A stretch of 64,000 nt of DNA, from positions 1-64,000 of the forward strand of contig JAPDFW010000106.1 in NCBI GenBank assembly GCA_028826165.1, written 5' to 3'. Under the pieces are notes generated by a model. The model was given only the letters and a program-made list of their open reading frames with translations. It searched no databases and had not been told where the DNA came from. This DNA comes from Anaeramoeba ignava BMAN. Lineage: Eukaryota > Protista > Anaeramoebae. Position 1 is the first letter of the stretch. Each line of letters opens with the position of its first letter. This document shows, piece by piece, positions 40,933 to 52,674 of this stretch. Position numbers and translations under genes: made by a program.

Positions 40933-41860
40933 ATGTGGTGGAAAAGATGGGACTTAGAGCAAATGCTGGAGTCTCAAGATTTGTCTATTGGATTAGTAAA
41001 TTTTTTATATCCTCAATATCAAAATGATGTAGAATTTACCAGATTAGATTTTGAACCCACGATCCAAAAATTACATCAAGAATACAAAGATTTTCAAGCA
41101 TTCAAGAACAGAAGAAATCAAATTTATGAAGATTTTGATAAATTTTTAGAAGCTTCAAAAAAAAGTTATCCCAAATTGATTGACCATTTCAACAATTTCG
41201 TTGAAAATCGACCGAGAATGAACAAAATAGATGTCTTTTCTAATTGGTTGATGTCTCCAGAACTCAGAAACCAAATTGAATTGTTTGAATCGTTAATAGA
41301 ATTTGAGAAAGGAGTGGATGGTTGGAAGCAATTAAGAACAATATTATTTAATTTTTTGAAGAATGCGAAAAGATTGATGAAATGGGATGAAAAGGAACCT
41401 TTTAGATATTATACCAATAATATATTTGACTAATCATCATTATGTGTGTTTTTTGATTGATAAACAATTTCATAAAATCTATTTATATAACACTATTCCA
41501 AAATATGCAAAAAAGGAAGTAGAAGATATGGGAAATCATATAAAACAGTATATTAAATGGCGCATAAATGAAAATTATGAAATTGAAGAACTAGTCAAGA
41601 AAAAAATCCAAGAAGATGGCGCCCAATGCGGGAATTCAGTACTACTTTTTTTATGGTTGATTTTCACTATTAAAATTCCTATTGAAAAAGCAGTGGAAAT
41701 TATCAACCATTCACTTGCTGTCAGATTTAGATTCATGATCCTAAAATGTATTTGTAAATCAACCAGAATTCAATTATTATTCAAATCACCAGAATTCATT
41801 CAAGATATAATACAAAATCACCCCAAAAAATATCGGCACAATTCATTTTTTCTTTTTTGA
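40933..41860 (+). CDS. Ulp1/C48-like cysteine protease region carried by the transposon (frameshifted; possibly the C-terminus of the transposase gene)
   Basis: IIPIIYLTNHHYVCFLID..KIYLYNT..KIQEDGAQCG matches the His..Asp/Asn..Gln-x-Asp-Gly-x-x-Cys-Gly order of Ulp1/SENP proteases. Confidence 0.7.
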
Positions 41861-44145
41861 TGAATCTCTCTAATTTTTAAACGTTAAATTGATTTTTTTT
41901 CAAATCATTTTTTCACATCTTTTATTTTTCAAAATCTTTTACAAAGAAAAAATAAAGAATTTTTGTTGAAGGAAATAATTGAATTTTGTATTGGATTCAG
42001 TTAAAATTAATATATTTCAAAATGAAAAAAGAAAAAATTTGAAAAATTGATCAAAACAATTATCTTTTGAATTCTCATAAATTTCTTATTCATATCATTA
42101 ATTGAATTTTTCTCATCAATTTCTTTCTCAATAATCAAGTTCAGTTGTATGAAACAGAATAGAAAAAAGAACCAAAATGAAGAAATATTCAACAAAATTT
42201 TCCAAAAGATAAAAATTTGTTTGAAAAGTTTTGGATTATGAAATTATGGAGATTGTCCCAAATAAAAAAAAAGTAGTATTTCTTTTTCTTTTTCCAAATA
42301 GAAAAAATTGATATTTTTTTAATCTATTCTTTAATTATTTTTTTTAATAAAAAGGGGAAAAATCAAATTTTTTATTTTTTTTTATTTTTTTTTCAAAGTG
42401 ACAGCTGTCACTTCAAAAGGGGAAAAAATGACAAAATATTTTTGCTTGCGGGGAAGGCTTTAAATTTATTGAAAGAATTTATTCAAAAAAAAATTTCAAA
42501 TTCAATTAATTATTCAAATTTTTTCCAATTTTTATTCCAAAATCGAAATTTAAATTCAAATGAAATTGAAATAAAATGTTTTGGATTCATAAATCAAAAT
42601 TTTTCCCAAATTCAAAATAATGAGAATTTATTCAATTTAACTAAAGAAGAAATTATCAAATTTATTCAATTTAAACAAGAAAAAAAAGAAATTTTTCAAT
42701 TTGATTTTTTTCAATTTTTAAATAATTGGATTGAAAAAAGAAATAAAAGATTAAAATTAAAGAAATATGAACACAAAATGAATGCAAAGAAAAGATTATT
42801 TCATTCTTTTTTTTCATTATTTGATAAAGATTCAATTTCAAAACAAGATTTTGATAAATTAAAACAATTTGATTTTTTTCCCAAATCTTTTTTAGTTAAT
42901 ATTCAAAACAAAGTTATTCAAGATAATCAAAAGGAAATTGAAGATAAAGAGAAGGAAATTGAAGAGAAATGGAAGAAAGAAGTTGAGAATAAAAACAAGG
43001 AAAATCAACAAATGAAAATTGAAATTGAAGAGAAATGGAAAAAAGAAGTTGAAGAACTTAAATCCAAATTTGAATTAATGGAATTACAAAAGATTTTTTC
43101 AGATTCAGAAATTATTCAAGATATTGAATATGTTAAGAAATTACAAGAATGGATAAATGATAATGATTTTTTTTCTAAAATGAAAAAAGGATTTTCAGCA
43201 AAAAGAGTTGGATTTGATTGTAAAAAATGGCATAAAGCAGTTGATGGGAAAGGAAAAACATTAGTTATTATCAAAACAAAACAAAATTTTATTTTTGGAG
43301 GTTTTACTCAAGTTGGATTTAAATATTCAAATGGAGAATGGATTAATGATTCAAATGCATTTATTTTTTCATTAAGAAATGATAAAGGGGATAGAATACC
43401 TGCAAAGTTTACAATTAAAAAAGGTCAAGAAGGAAATGCAATTTATTCTAATTTAAGTTATGGTCCAAATTTTGGAAATGGTAGTGGAAATGGACATGAT
43501 TTTTATTTAACTTCTAATTTACAACCTGGTAATTCAAATATTGGTGGTAGTTATAATCTACCTAATGGAATTACTTATAATACAGATGAAGCTAAAAGTT
43601 ATTTAGCTGGTTCTTATAATTCATGGGTTGTTGATGAACTTGAAACTTATTTCATTTAAAAATTAATTAATAATAAGAAAATCAAACTTTTTTTTATTTT
43701 TTTTTTCAAAATTTAATTCAATTTTAATTTACTTTTAATCAAATTAATTTCTTTAAAATAAAAAATAAGAAACGAATTTAATTTTAAATAATTTAATTTT
43801 AATTTAAAATATTTATTAAAAATTTAATTAATAAAAAATAATCCAAAAAAAAATAATAAATTTTAAAAATTGAATAATTTTAATATAATAAATAAAAATA
43901 AAAATTGAAAATAGAAATTAATAATAATTAAATTTAAATTCATTAATTAAAATATTAAAATAAAAATCAAATAAAATTTATTATTAAATAATATTTAAAT
44001 ATTAGTAAATTATAATCAAAATCAAAAATAGAATAATTAGTAAATTATTTTTAGAAAGTTTATCTTATTCAATCATGTTAAATTCAATTTATTTAAAAAT
44101 TTTTAATTTTTAATTTTATTTTTAATATATTTTATTATAATTAAA

Positions 44146-45850
44146 ATTGGAATAATAAATAATTAAAAATATTAATATAATAAATGAAAATATTATATTA
44201 AATTAAAATAAAATAAATTTAAATTAAATTATTATTAAATATTATTAAAATTAAATATTTATTTTATTAAAATATTTATTCCATTTTTAATATATTTTAT
44301 TTTGGAATAATAAATAATTAAAAATATTAATATAATAAATGAAAATATTATATTAAATTAAAATAAAATAAATTTAAAATTAAATTATTATTAAATATTA
44401 TTAAAATTAAATATTTATCTTTTATTAAAATATTTATTCCACTTTTTAATATATTTTTATTTTGGAATAATAAATAATTAAAAAATATTAATATAATAAA
44501 TAAAAATATTATATCAAATTAAATCAAAATAAATTTAAATTAAATTATTATTAATTACTATTAAAATTGAATATTTATTTTTATTAAAATATTTATTCCA
44601 CTTTTTAATATATTTTATTATAATTAAAATTGGAATAATAAATAATTAAAAATATTAATATAATAAATAAAAATATTATTTCAAATTAAAAATAAAATAA
44701 ATTTAAATTAAATTATTATTAATTACTATTAAAATTGAATATTTATTTTTATTAAAATATTTATTCCACTTTTTAATATATTTTATTTTGGAATAATAAA
44801 TAAATAAAAATATTAATATAATAAATGAAAATATTATTTTAAATTAAAATAAAATAAATCTAAGTTAAATTATTATTAATTATTATTAAAAATTAAATAT
44901 TTATTTTTATTAAAATATTTATTCCACTTTTTAATATATTTTATTATAATTAAAAATTGGATTAATAAATAATTAAAAATATTAAGTTAATAAATAAAAA
45001 TATTATTTCAAATTAAAATAAAAACAAATCTAAGTTAAATTATTATTAAATATTATTAAAAATTGAATATTTATATTTATTAAAATATTTATTCCACTTT
45101 TTAATATATTTTTATTTTGGAATAATAAATAATTAAAAATATTAAATTAATAAATAAAAAATATTATTTCAAATTAAAATAAAAATAAATCTAAGTTAAA
45201 TTATTATTAATTATTATTAAAATTAAATATTTATATTTATTAAAATATTTATTCCACTTTTTAATATATTTTATTATAATTAAAATTGGAATAATAAATA
45301 ATTAAAAATATTAATATAATAAATAAAAATATTATTTCAAATTAAAATAAAATAAATTTAAATTAAATTAAATTATTATTAATTATTATTAAAATTAAAT
45401 ATTTATGTTTATTAAAAAATATTTATTCCACTTTTTAATATATTTTATTTTAATTAAAATTGGATTAATAAATAATTAAAAATATTAATATAATAAATGA
45501 AAATAATATTTCAAATTAAAATAAAAATAAATTTAAATTAAATTATTATTAAAATATTATTAAAATTAAATATTTATCTTTATTAAAATATTTATTCCAC
45601 TTTTTAATATATTTTTATTTTGGAATAATAAATAAATAAAAATATTAATATAATAAATAAAAATATTATATTAAATTAAAATAAAATAAATTTAAATTAA
45701 ATTATTATTAAATATTATTAAAATTAAATATTTATATTTATTAAAATATTTATTCCACTTTTTTTAATATATTTTATTATAATTAAAATTGGAATAATAA
45801 ATAATCAAAAATATTAATTTAATAAATAATAATATTATTTCAAATTAAAA
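44146..45850. repeat. ~155-174-bp AT-rich tandem repeat (~10 units), distinct from the 141-bp family
   Basis: GGAATAATAAATAATT...TATTTATTCCACTTTTTAAT recurs at about 44149, 44304, 44464, 44632, 44789, 44959, 45119, 45288, 45462, 45622 and 45791. Confidence 0.9.
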
Positions 45851-45947
45851 TTAAGAAAATTTAATATTTCGAAATTAAAAAAAGATTATTTGATTTAATT
45901 AAAATTTTGAAAAAAAGAAAGAAAATTTGTTTGTGTTTTTTTTGAAT

Positions 45948-48940
45948 TTAATAAAGTTGAAAAACTTTATAAGGATTATCAAAATTAATTTTTGGATTAT
46001 TATCATAAATTGATAAAGTTTTCTGATCCCAATCAAAAATAGAAGTTGTAATTGTTTTAGCAGAATCTGGAGGAATTGCATCTCTATAAATTGGCCATTG
46101 AGTATCTTGAGTATCACCCAAAATATCAACAATTCCTTGAGCTAAATTAGGATTATTCAATGGAGATCCAATTTCTTCAGCTCTTTTTAAACGATGAACA
46201 GAACTTTCATCAGTATATTGAGAAACATTCAAACGAAGAAACATATTGAAATGTTCGGAATAGTTATTTTGAGTAACTTCAAGAACATTCATTAATGTAT
46301 AATTTGGATCATCGTTATTTGATTTTAAAAATGGATCAAAAGTTGTGTTTTGACAATAAGAAGAAGCAGCTTCAATATTGTAAATTTTTTTTGTGTTTCC
46401 ATCTAAAACATTGAGTGAGAATCCTGAAGCAATTGAAGAATTTTTGATTTTGGAAATCATTTCATCAAAACTAGTTGAAGTGAGTGTATCTCTTGCAATA
46501 AAACTTCTTGCATGTCCTCCAATTTGAACACATTTTGGAAATACTGCATTCATTGAAAACATTAGATTGTGATCATTGAATCCATATGCAATTCCCCATA
46601 AACTTCCAGGATACATGAATGTGAAATAGTTGTTTGCTTCGTTTGAAGTTGTTCCTGTTTGATTTACAAATACAAATGCACTTGTATCTGTGATGTTGAT
46701 ATTTGCATCTTCGTTGTGACCTAATATTACTTTTTGATCATTTATAAGAACATCAGAACAAGCTTCAAGTTCTGGTTGTGGGAAAGGACTAATTTTGATT
46801 TTGATTTAGATTTAGATTTTGATTTTGATTTTGATTTAGATTTTGATTTTGAATTTGAATTTGAATTTGAATTTGAATTTGAATTTGAATTTGAATTTGA
46901 ATTTGAATTTGAATTTGAATTTGAATTTGAATTTGAATTTGAATTTGAATTTGAATTTGAATTTGAATTTGAATTTGAATTTGAATTTGAATTTGAATTT
47001 GAATTTGAATTTGAATTTGAATTTGAATTTGATTTTGATTTTGATTTTGATTTTGATTTAGATTTAGATTTATATTTAGATTTATATTTTGATTTTGATT
47101 TATATTTATATTTATATTTATATTTATATTTATATTTATATTTATATTTATATTTATATTTATATTTAGATTTAGAATTATATTTATATTTAGAATTATA
47201 TTTATATTTAGAATTATATTTATATTTATATTTATATTTATATTTATATTTATATTTATATTTATATTTATATTTATATTTATATTTAGATTTATATTTA
47301 TATTTTTATTTTAATTTATATTTTTATTTATATTTATATTTATATTTATATTTATATTTATATTTATATTTATATTTTATATTTATATTTATATTTATAT
47401 TTATATTTATATTTATATTTATATTTATATTTATATTTATATTTATATTTATATTTATATTTATATTTATATTTATATTTATATTTATATTTATATTTAT
47501 ATTTTATATTTATATTTATATTTATATTTATATTTATATTTATATTTTATATTTAGATTTATATTTATATTTATATTTATATATTTATATTTATATTTTA
47601 TATTTATATTTATATTTATATTTTAATTTTATATTTTAAATATTTATATTTTTATATTTTTATATTTATATTTATATTTATATTTATATTTTATTTTATT
47701 TATATTTAGATTTTATATTTATATTTATGTTTATATTTATATTTATATTTATATTTTTTTTATATTTTATTTTTATATTTATATTTTATTTTATATTTTA
47801 TATTTATATATTTTGAGATTTTTGATTTTTGATTTTGATTTAGATTTTTGGATTTGGATTTAGATTTATATTTATATTTATATTTATAATTATATTTATA
47901 TTTATATTTATATTTATATTTATATTTATTTTATATTTATATTTATATTTATATTTATATTTATATTTATATTTATATTTATATTTATATTTATATTTAT
48001 ATTTATATTTATATTTATATTTATATTTATATTTTAGATTTATATTTAGATTTATATTTATAATTATATTTAATTTTATATTTTGATTTAGATTTAGATT
48101 TAGATTTAGATTTATATTTAGATTTATATTTATATTTATATTTATATTTATATTTATATTTATATTTATTTTTATATTTATATTTATATTTATAATTATA
48201 TTTATATTTATATTTATATTTATATTTATATTTATATTTATATTTATATTTATATTTATATTTATATTTATATTTATATTTTATATTTATATTTATATTT
48301 ATATTTATATTTATATTTATATTTTTATTTATATTTATATTTATATTTATATTTATATTTATATTTATATTTATATTTATATTTATATTTATATTTATAT
48401 TTATATTTATATTTATATTTATATTTATATTTAGATTTAGATTTAGATTTAGATTTAGATTTAGATTTAGATTTAGATTTAGATTTAGATTTAGATTTAG
48501 ATTTTAATTCTAATTTTAATTCTAATTCTAATTTTGATTTTAAGAAAAATTTACTTAACATAATTAATAACAGTTTTTCCAGTTTCAGATTGAACCAACA
48601 AACTTATCTCCAAAGAAAGAGTTAATAAAAAAACTTTATGAAAAGAAACATCAGCACCAGAAGCTAAACCTCTCAATTCATCCATATAATGAGGATATTT
48701 TAGATAATTAGCATCATAAAACTGAGTGTATTCTTCTAAATGATTTTCAAACCAAGGAATAAGAACATAATTTAAAACTGCACTTTCTTCAAAATATTTA
48801 TAAATTCTTTCTTTCATTGCTAATCCAATTTGTTTTCCAATTTCAAAATGATCTGGTGATTTAACTTCTATTGTTGGAATTGATTTTGTAATTGAAATTA
48901 AAAATAAAAATAAAAAGCAAAAAAAGATAAAAGAATTCAT
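45948..48940 (-). CDS. Secreted peptidase C45 / Ntn-hydrolase (tan / acyl-CoA:6-APA acyltransferase-like); exons 48940-48555 and 46788-45948
   Basis: Signal peptide, [24 protein letters not shown]. Splicing restores ..[15 protein letters not shown].., then [17 protein letters not shown] and PIYR. Confidence 0.88.
46789..48554. repeat. 1,766-bp intron made almost entirely of hexamer microsatellites (TTTGAT, TTTGAA, TTTAGA, TTTATA)
   Basis: Directly visible; GT at 48554-48553 and AG at 46790-46789 on the - strand. Confidence 0.9.
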
Positions 48941-49094
48941 TTTGTTTTTGTTTTGAAAAAAATGAAAAAAATTTTATTTAAAATTCGGAACAAAATAATT
49001 TATTTTTTTTTTGGATTTAATTTGATTTATTTTTTAAATAATTTATGTTTTGTTTTGTTTTTGTTTTTGTTTTTGTTTTTGTTTTTGTTTTTGT

Positions 49095-49125
<31 letters not shown>

Positions 49126-49177
49126 GTTTTTTTTTGTTTTGTTTTTTTTTGTTTTGTTTTGAAAAAAATTTTTCAAT

Positions 49178-50449
49178 TTAAATTAATTGAACTGTTTCTG
49201 TTTCCAATTCCAAAGTGTCTTCATTCAAAAAAGATTTATAAACTTCAGGCAAACGATATTCTTTCTCAACAATAACATCTGGATCATCTTCAAGTGCCTC
49301 ATTAACAATCAAAAACAACTCAGTTGAAGTAGCAGAAATGATCTCAGTTGTCAAAGTGGAATCTGATAAATACGTTTTAATATGATTTGAGTTTTCGATT
49401 GTAATAGAAGGTGTTTTTTGCTTTACTCTCAACTCGATATTGTAAGAATTCAAAACAGAAGCGCCAGTCAAAGTTTTTTCGAAAATAACTGCGCATTGTT
49501 CGCAATGATCAACAACCACACTACTCACCATTCCTTGAACAAGAACAACAGTGTTTTTGCAGTTGAACACGCAAACATTTTGTTTGTGATTAACGTCATC
49601 CAAAATAATTCCATCCGAGCGGTTTACAAAATTCTCAACGAGCCATTCTTTTCTTATTCTTTTGAACACAGGTTCCTTTTCGGATTTCGGTTTATGAGTA
49701 ACGGAAGAAGTAACGGTTCCAAATTGCTCATTTGCCAGTTCAAAAATGGAATTTTTGCTTTTTTCCCGAAAACTTGATTGGAAGCTTTCGTGCATGTGGA
49801 AAAGGTTTGCGATGTGGAATTCTCGCTTGCTTTCTTGATCCTCTTTTTCATCCTCAATATCCTTTTCATATTCAAAATCGAAATCCTCCTCATCTTTAAG
49901 TGTGTTCCATTGGATTCCGTTGTCGAAATGCTGGCCAATTAACGCTGCAAGTTCCTTGGCCATTGTAATAAAGGCAGAGCCCCATTTATAGGCTAAAGGA
50001 TCGGATGTTTTTGATTCACGAATAATTTTATTTGCATGATACATTGAAGACTCTAAATAATTATGTGCATATTCTTTTATATTGCTACGAAAAGGTACGA
50101 AACCCATTATAGAAGTTGCGTCTGCTAACGCAAGAACCATGTCAAAGTAATCTGATGATCTGTGTGAGTTTTTGTAGTTGCTCACGTTCATTATTACATC
50201 GCTAATCGGTTGGTATACTTTTTCTAGTATGTTTTTGCTGAATGGTTCTTGATATTTTTTTGCATATTCAAGTAAATCGATAATTGATTCAATTCCAAAT
50301 TTGAAAAAATCACAAAGAATTGCAATTTCACCTCCAATTTCTTGTGAAATTGCAATAAATGGGTCGAGATGAATTTGGATGAATTCTTGAATAACAGAAA
50401 TTTGATTTTGATTTAAATTTTGATTTAAATTTTCTTTTTGATTTTCCAT
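49178..50449 (-). CDS. CAP: Adenylyl cyclase-associated protein (CAP/Srv2)-like
   Basis: N-terminal helical folded domain (ISQEIGGEI, NYLESSMYHANKII, HFDNGIQWN) and C-terminal CARP beta-helix (WLVENF, VCVFNCKNTVVLVQG..VVVDHC, TPSITIENS..YLS, EYRLPEVYKS). Confidence 0.88.
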   Translation of the reverse strand: MENQKENLNQNLNQNQISVIQEFIQIHLDPFIAISQEIGGEIAILCDFFKFGIESIIDLLEYAKKYQEPFSKNILEKVYQPISDVIMNVSNYKNSHRSSDYFDMVLALADATSIMGFVPFRSNIKEYAHNYLESSMYHANKIIRESKTSDPLAYKWGSAFITMAKELAALIGQHFDNGIQWNTLKDEEDFDFEYEKDIEDEKEDQESKREFHIANLFHMHESFQSSFREKSKNSIFELANEQFGTVTSSVTHKPKSEKEPVFKRIRKEWLVENFVNRSDGIILDDVNHKQNVCVFNCKNTVVLVQGMVSSVVVDHCEQCAVIFEKTLTGASVLNSYNIELRVKQKTPSITIENSNHIKTYLSDSTLTTEIISATSTELFLIVNEALEDDPDVIVEKEYRLPEVYKSFLNEDTLELETETVQLI

Positions 50450-50552
50450 TATTTTAATTTAAGAAGAAGAAGAAGAAAAATGAATTTTTAAAAAATTAAA
50501 AAAAATTTTTTATTTTAGAATACAAAAAAAAAAAGTTTTTATTTATACAATT

Positions 50553-51278
50553 TTATAAATGATTTCTTAAATTCTTTCTTTGACCTTTTTTTCTTTTTTT
50601 GCTTTTCTTCTTTTCTGAATTTACTTTTTTAATTTTTTTTGGATTAGATTTTGAATTAGATTTTGAATTAGATTTTGAATTGGATTTTGAATTGGATTTT
50701 GAATTGGATTTTGAATTGGATTTTGAATTGGATTTTGAATTATTTTTTCCATTTTCATCCGGATAAGGAAAATTTTTAGATTTTAAATAAATATCACAAT
50801 AATGCTTCTCACATTGTTTTGCAGACTTGGAACCTACGTGTGAAGCAATAACTCCCCAATTCCCAAAACCATGTAATTTAATTGCATCAAGAAGTAAAAT
50901 TTCTTCAAGAAAATCCCAATTTGGAGTAAAAATGACTAATCTTTTACCAGAAATGACTAAATATGAGTGTTCTTTTTTATGTTTATGATTTTCTTTTCCT
51001 TTTGAAAAGCAATCAATACAAATATCCACATCAACACAAGTTGCACATCTAATATGAACACTATCTGTAATATCCTTTCCACAAAAATCACAATAAAAAC
51101 CTGTTGAACGTTTAATCTTTTGTCTAATAATTTATTTTTAAGTTAAAATTTTGCATTTTGATTGAAAAAAATTTTTTGATTTAATTTTTTAATTTTAATT
51201 TTAATTTTTGTTTTTGTTTTTCTTCTTTTCTTTTTTAATTTGTTAATTTTAAATTATATTTTTTACTTACTTTGACAT
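50553..51278 (-). CDS. Short ADA2-like protein (ZZ zinc finger + SANT), 192 aa; exons 51278-51271 and 51123-50553
   Basis: ATGTCAAA/GTAAGT..TAG splice gives FYCDFCGKDITDSVHIRCATCVDVDICIDCFSKG..H..EHSY, then NWDFLEEILLLDAIKLHGFGNWGVIASHVGSKSAKQCEKHY. Confidence 0.85.
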
Positions 51279-51944
51279 TTATAAATTAATTTTTTGTTTT
51301 TGTTTTTGATAAAATAAAATTAATTTTTTCTATTTTTTTTTTGTTTTTTTTTTTAATTTAAAAAGGAGAAAATCTTCTTTTTTTTCTTCTTTTTTTTTTT
51401 AAATTAAAAAAAATTAAAAAATTAAAAAAATCTTTATTATTTTAATTATTTTTCAATTATTATAAAGTTTTAATTTAATCTAAATTATTATAATCTTTTT
51501 TAATATTTTATTTTGAATTGATTTATCAATTTCAAATATATTTAAATAATTTAATAAAAATCTTTTTTGTTAATTAAAATATTTCTAAGATTAATTTTTT
51601 CTTTTTTTCTCTTTTAAAAAGAATTGAAATAAATAATGGATATTAAAAATGGTTATCTATACTTTATGGGTTTGAGAAATAATTTTTATTCTAATTAAAT
51701 TTCTTTTTATTGATTAAATATTTGTGATTGTTTATTTTGTAATTTTTGGATCATGAAAACATAAAATTGGAAATATTTTATTTTAATCATTATATTAAAA
51801 TTTTTTTTCTTTTTTAAAAGATAATACTTGATTTAATTTGTTTTTCAATTAAATTTTGACATGAACAAAAATGAAAAAAAATGAAAAAATGAAATTTAAA
51901 AAAATTGGAAAGTAAAAAAATCCAAATTTGATATCCAAAATTCT

Positions 51945-52460
51945 AATTTATAAATTAATTTAAAAATATAATTTCTAAAATAATTTTATGTTTAAATAAT
52001 AATTTATTGTTTTAGATTTAAATATTTTCTTATTTAAATATTTAACATATAAATATAAAAAATGAAAATAGATTTAATTTGATATTTAATTTATAAATTA
52101 ATTTAAAATATAATTTAACATTTAATTTTATGTTTAAAATAATAATTTAATGTTTTAAATTTAAATATTTTCTTATTTAAATATTTAACATATAATTATA
52201 AAAAATAAGAATAAGTTTAATTTAATATTTAATTTATAAATTAATTTAAAAATATAATTTAATATTTAATTTTATTATTAAAATAATAATTTATTGTTTT
52301 AGATTTAAATATTTTATTATCTAAATATTTAACATATAAATATAAAAAATAAGAATAGATTTAATTTAATATTTAATTTATAAATTAATTTAGAAATATA
52401 ATTTAATATTCAATTTTATTATTAAAATAATAATTTAATGTTTTAGATTTAAATATAAAA
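51945..52460. repeat. ~141-bp satellite array 5 (~3.5 units)
   Basis: Same unit as array 1. Confidence 0.85.
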
Positions 52461-52674
52461 GTAGAATGAAATTTTGTTTTATTTTTTTTAATTTTTGAAA
52501 TTGAAAAAAGAAAAATGAAATGAAAAGAAGGAATTTGAATTGAAATTGGAATTGAAATTGAAATTGAAATTGGAATTGAAAAAAGAAAAATGAAATGAAA
52601 AGAAGGAATTTGAATTGAAATTGAAATTGAAATTTGAATTGGAATTGGAATTGAAATTGAAATTGAATTTGGAA

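Larger units (their letters stand above)
37412..42459 (+). mobile_element. Kolobok-like DNA transposon, 5,048 bp, 27-bp perfect TIRs, TTAA target-site duplication
   Basis: TIR AGCCTTCCCCGCAAGCAAAAATATTTT at 37412-37438 and its reverse complement at 42433-42459. TTAA at 37408-37411 and 42460-42463. AG..CT termini fit the RR..YY rule for Kolobok. Confidence 0.9.
37024..43659 (+). pseudogene. BTB-BACK-coiled-coil-TLDc gene interrupted by a transposon (37024-37411 joined to 42464-43659; 527 aa when restored)
   Basis: 5' half is BTB (FKDFSIFV..IKVHKSILSSRSPFF..ILSYIYYG). 3' half ends in TLDc (GKGKTLVIIKT..FIFGGFT..AFIFSL..YGPNFG..VDELETYF). Removing the element plus one TTAA restores the frame as YFKLNLLKE. 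Confidence 0.92.

Noticed and set aside
37412-42459. piggyBac assignment based on TTAA
   Set aside because: Termini are AG..CT, not CC..GG, and the residual transposase motifs are not piggyBac-like.
46734-48561. 301-aa FE/LY-repeat ORF and related ORFs
   Set aside because: Stop-free frames of the intronic hexamer repeats.
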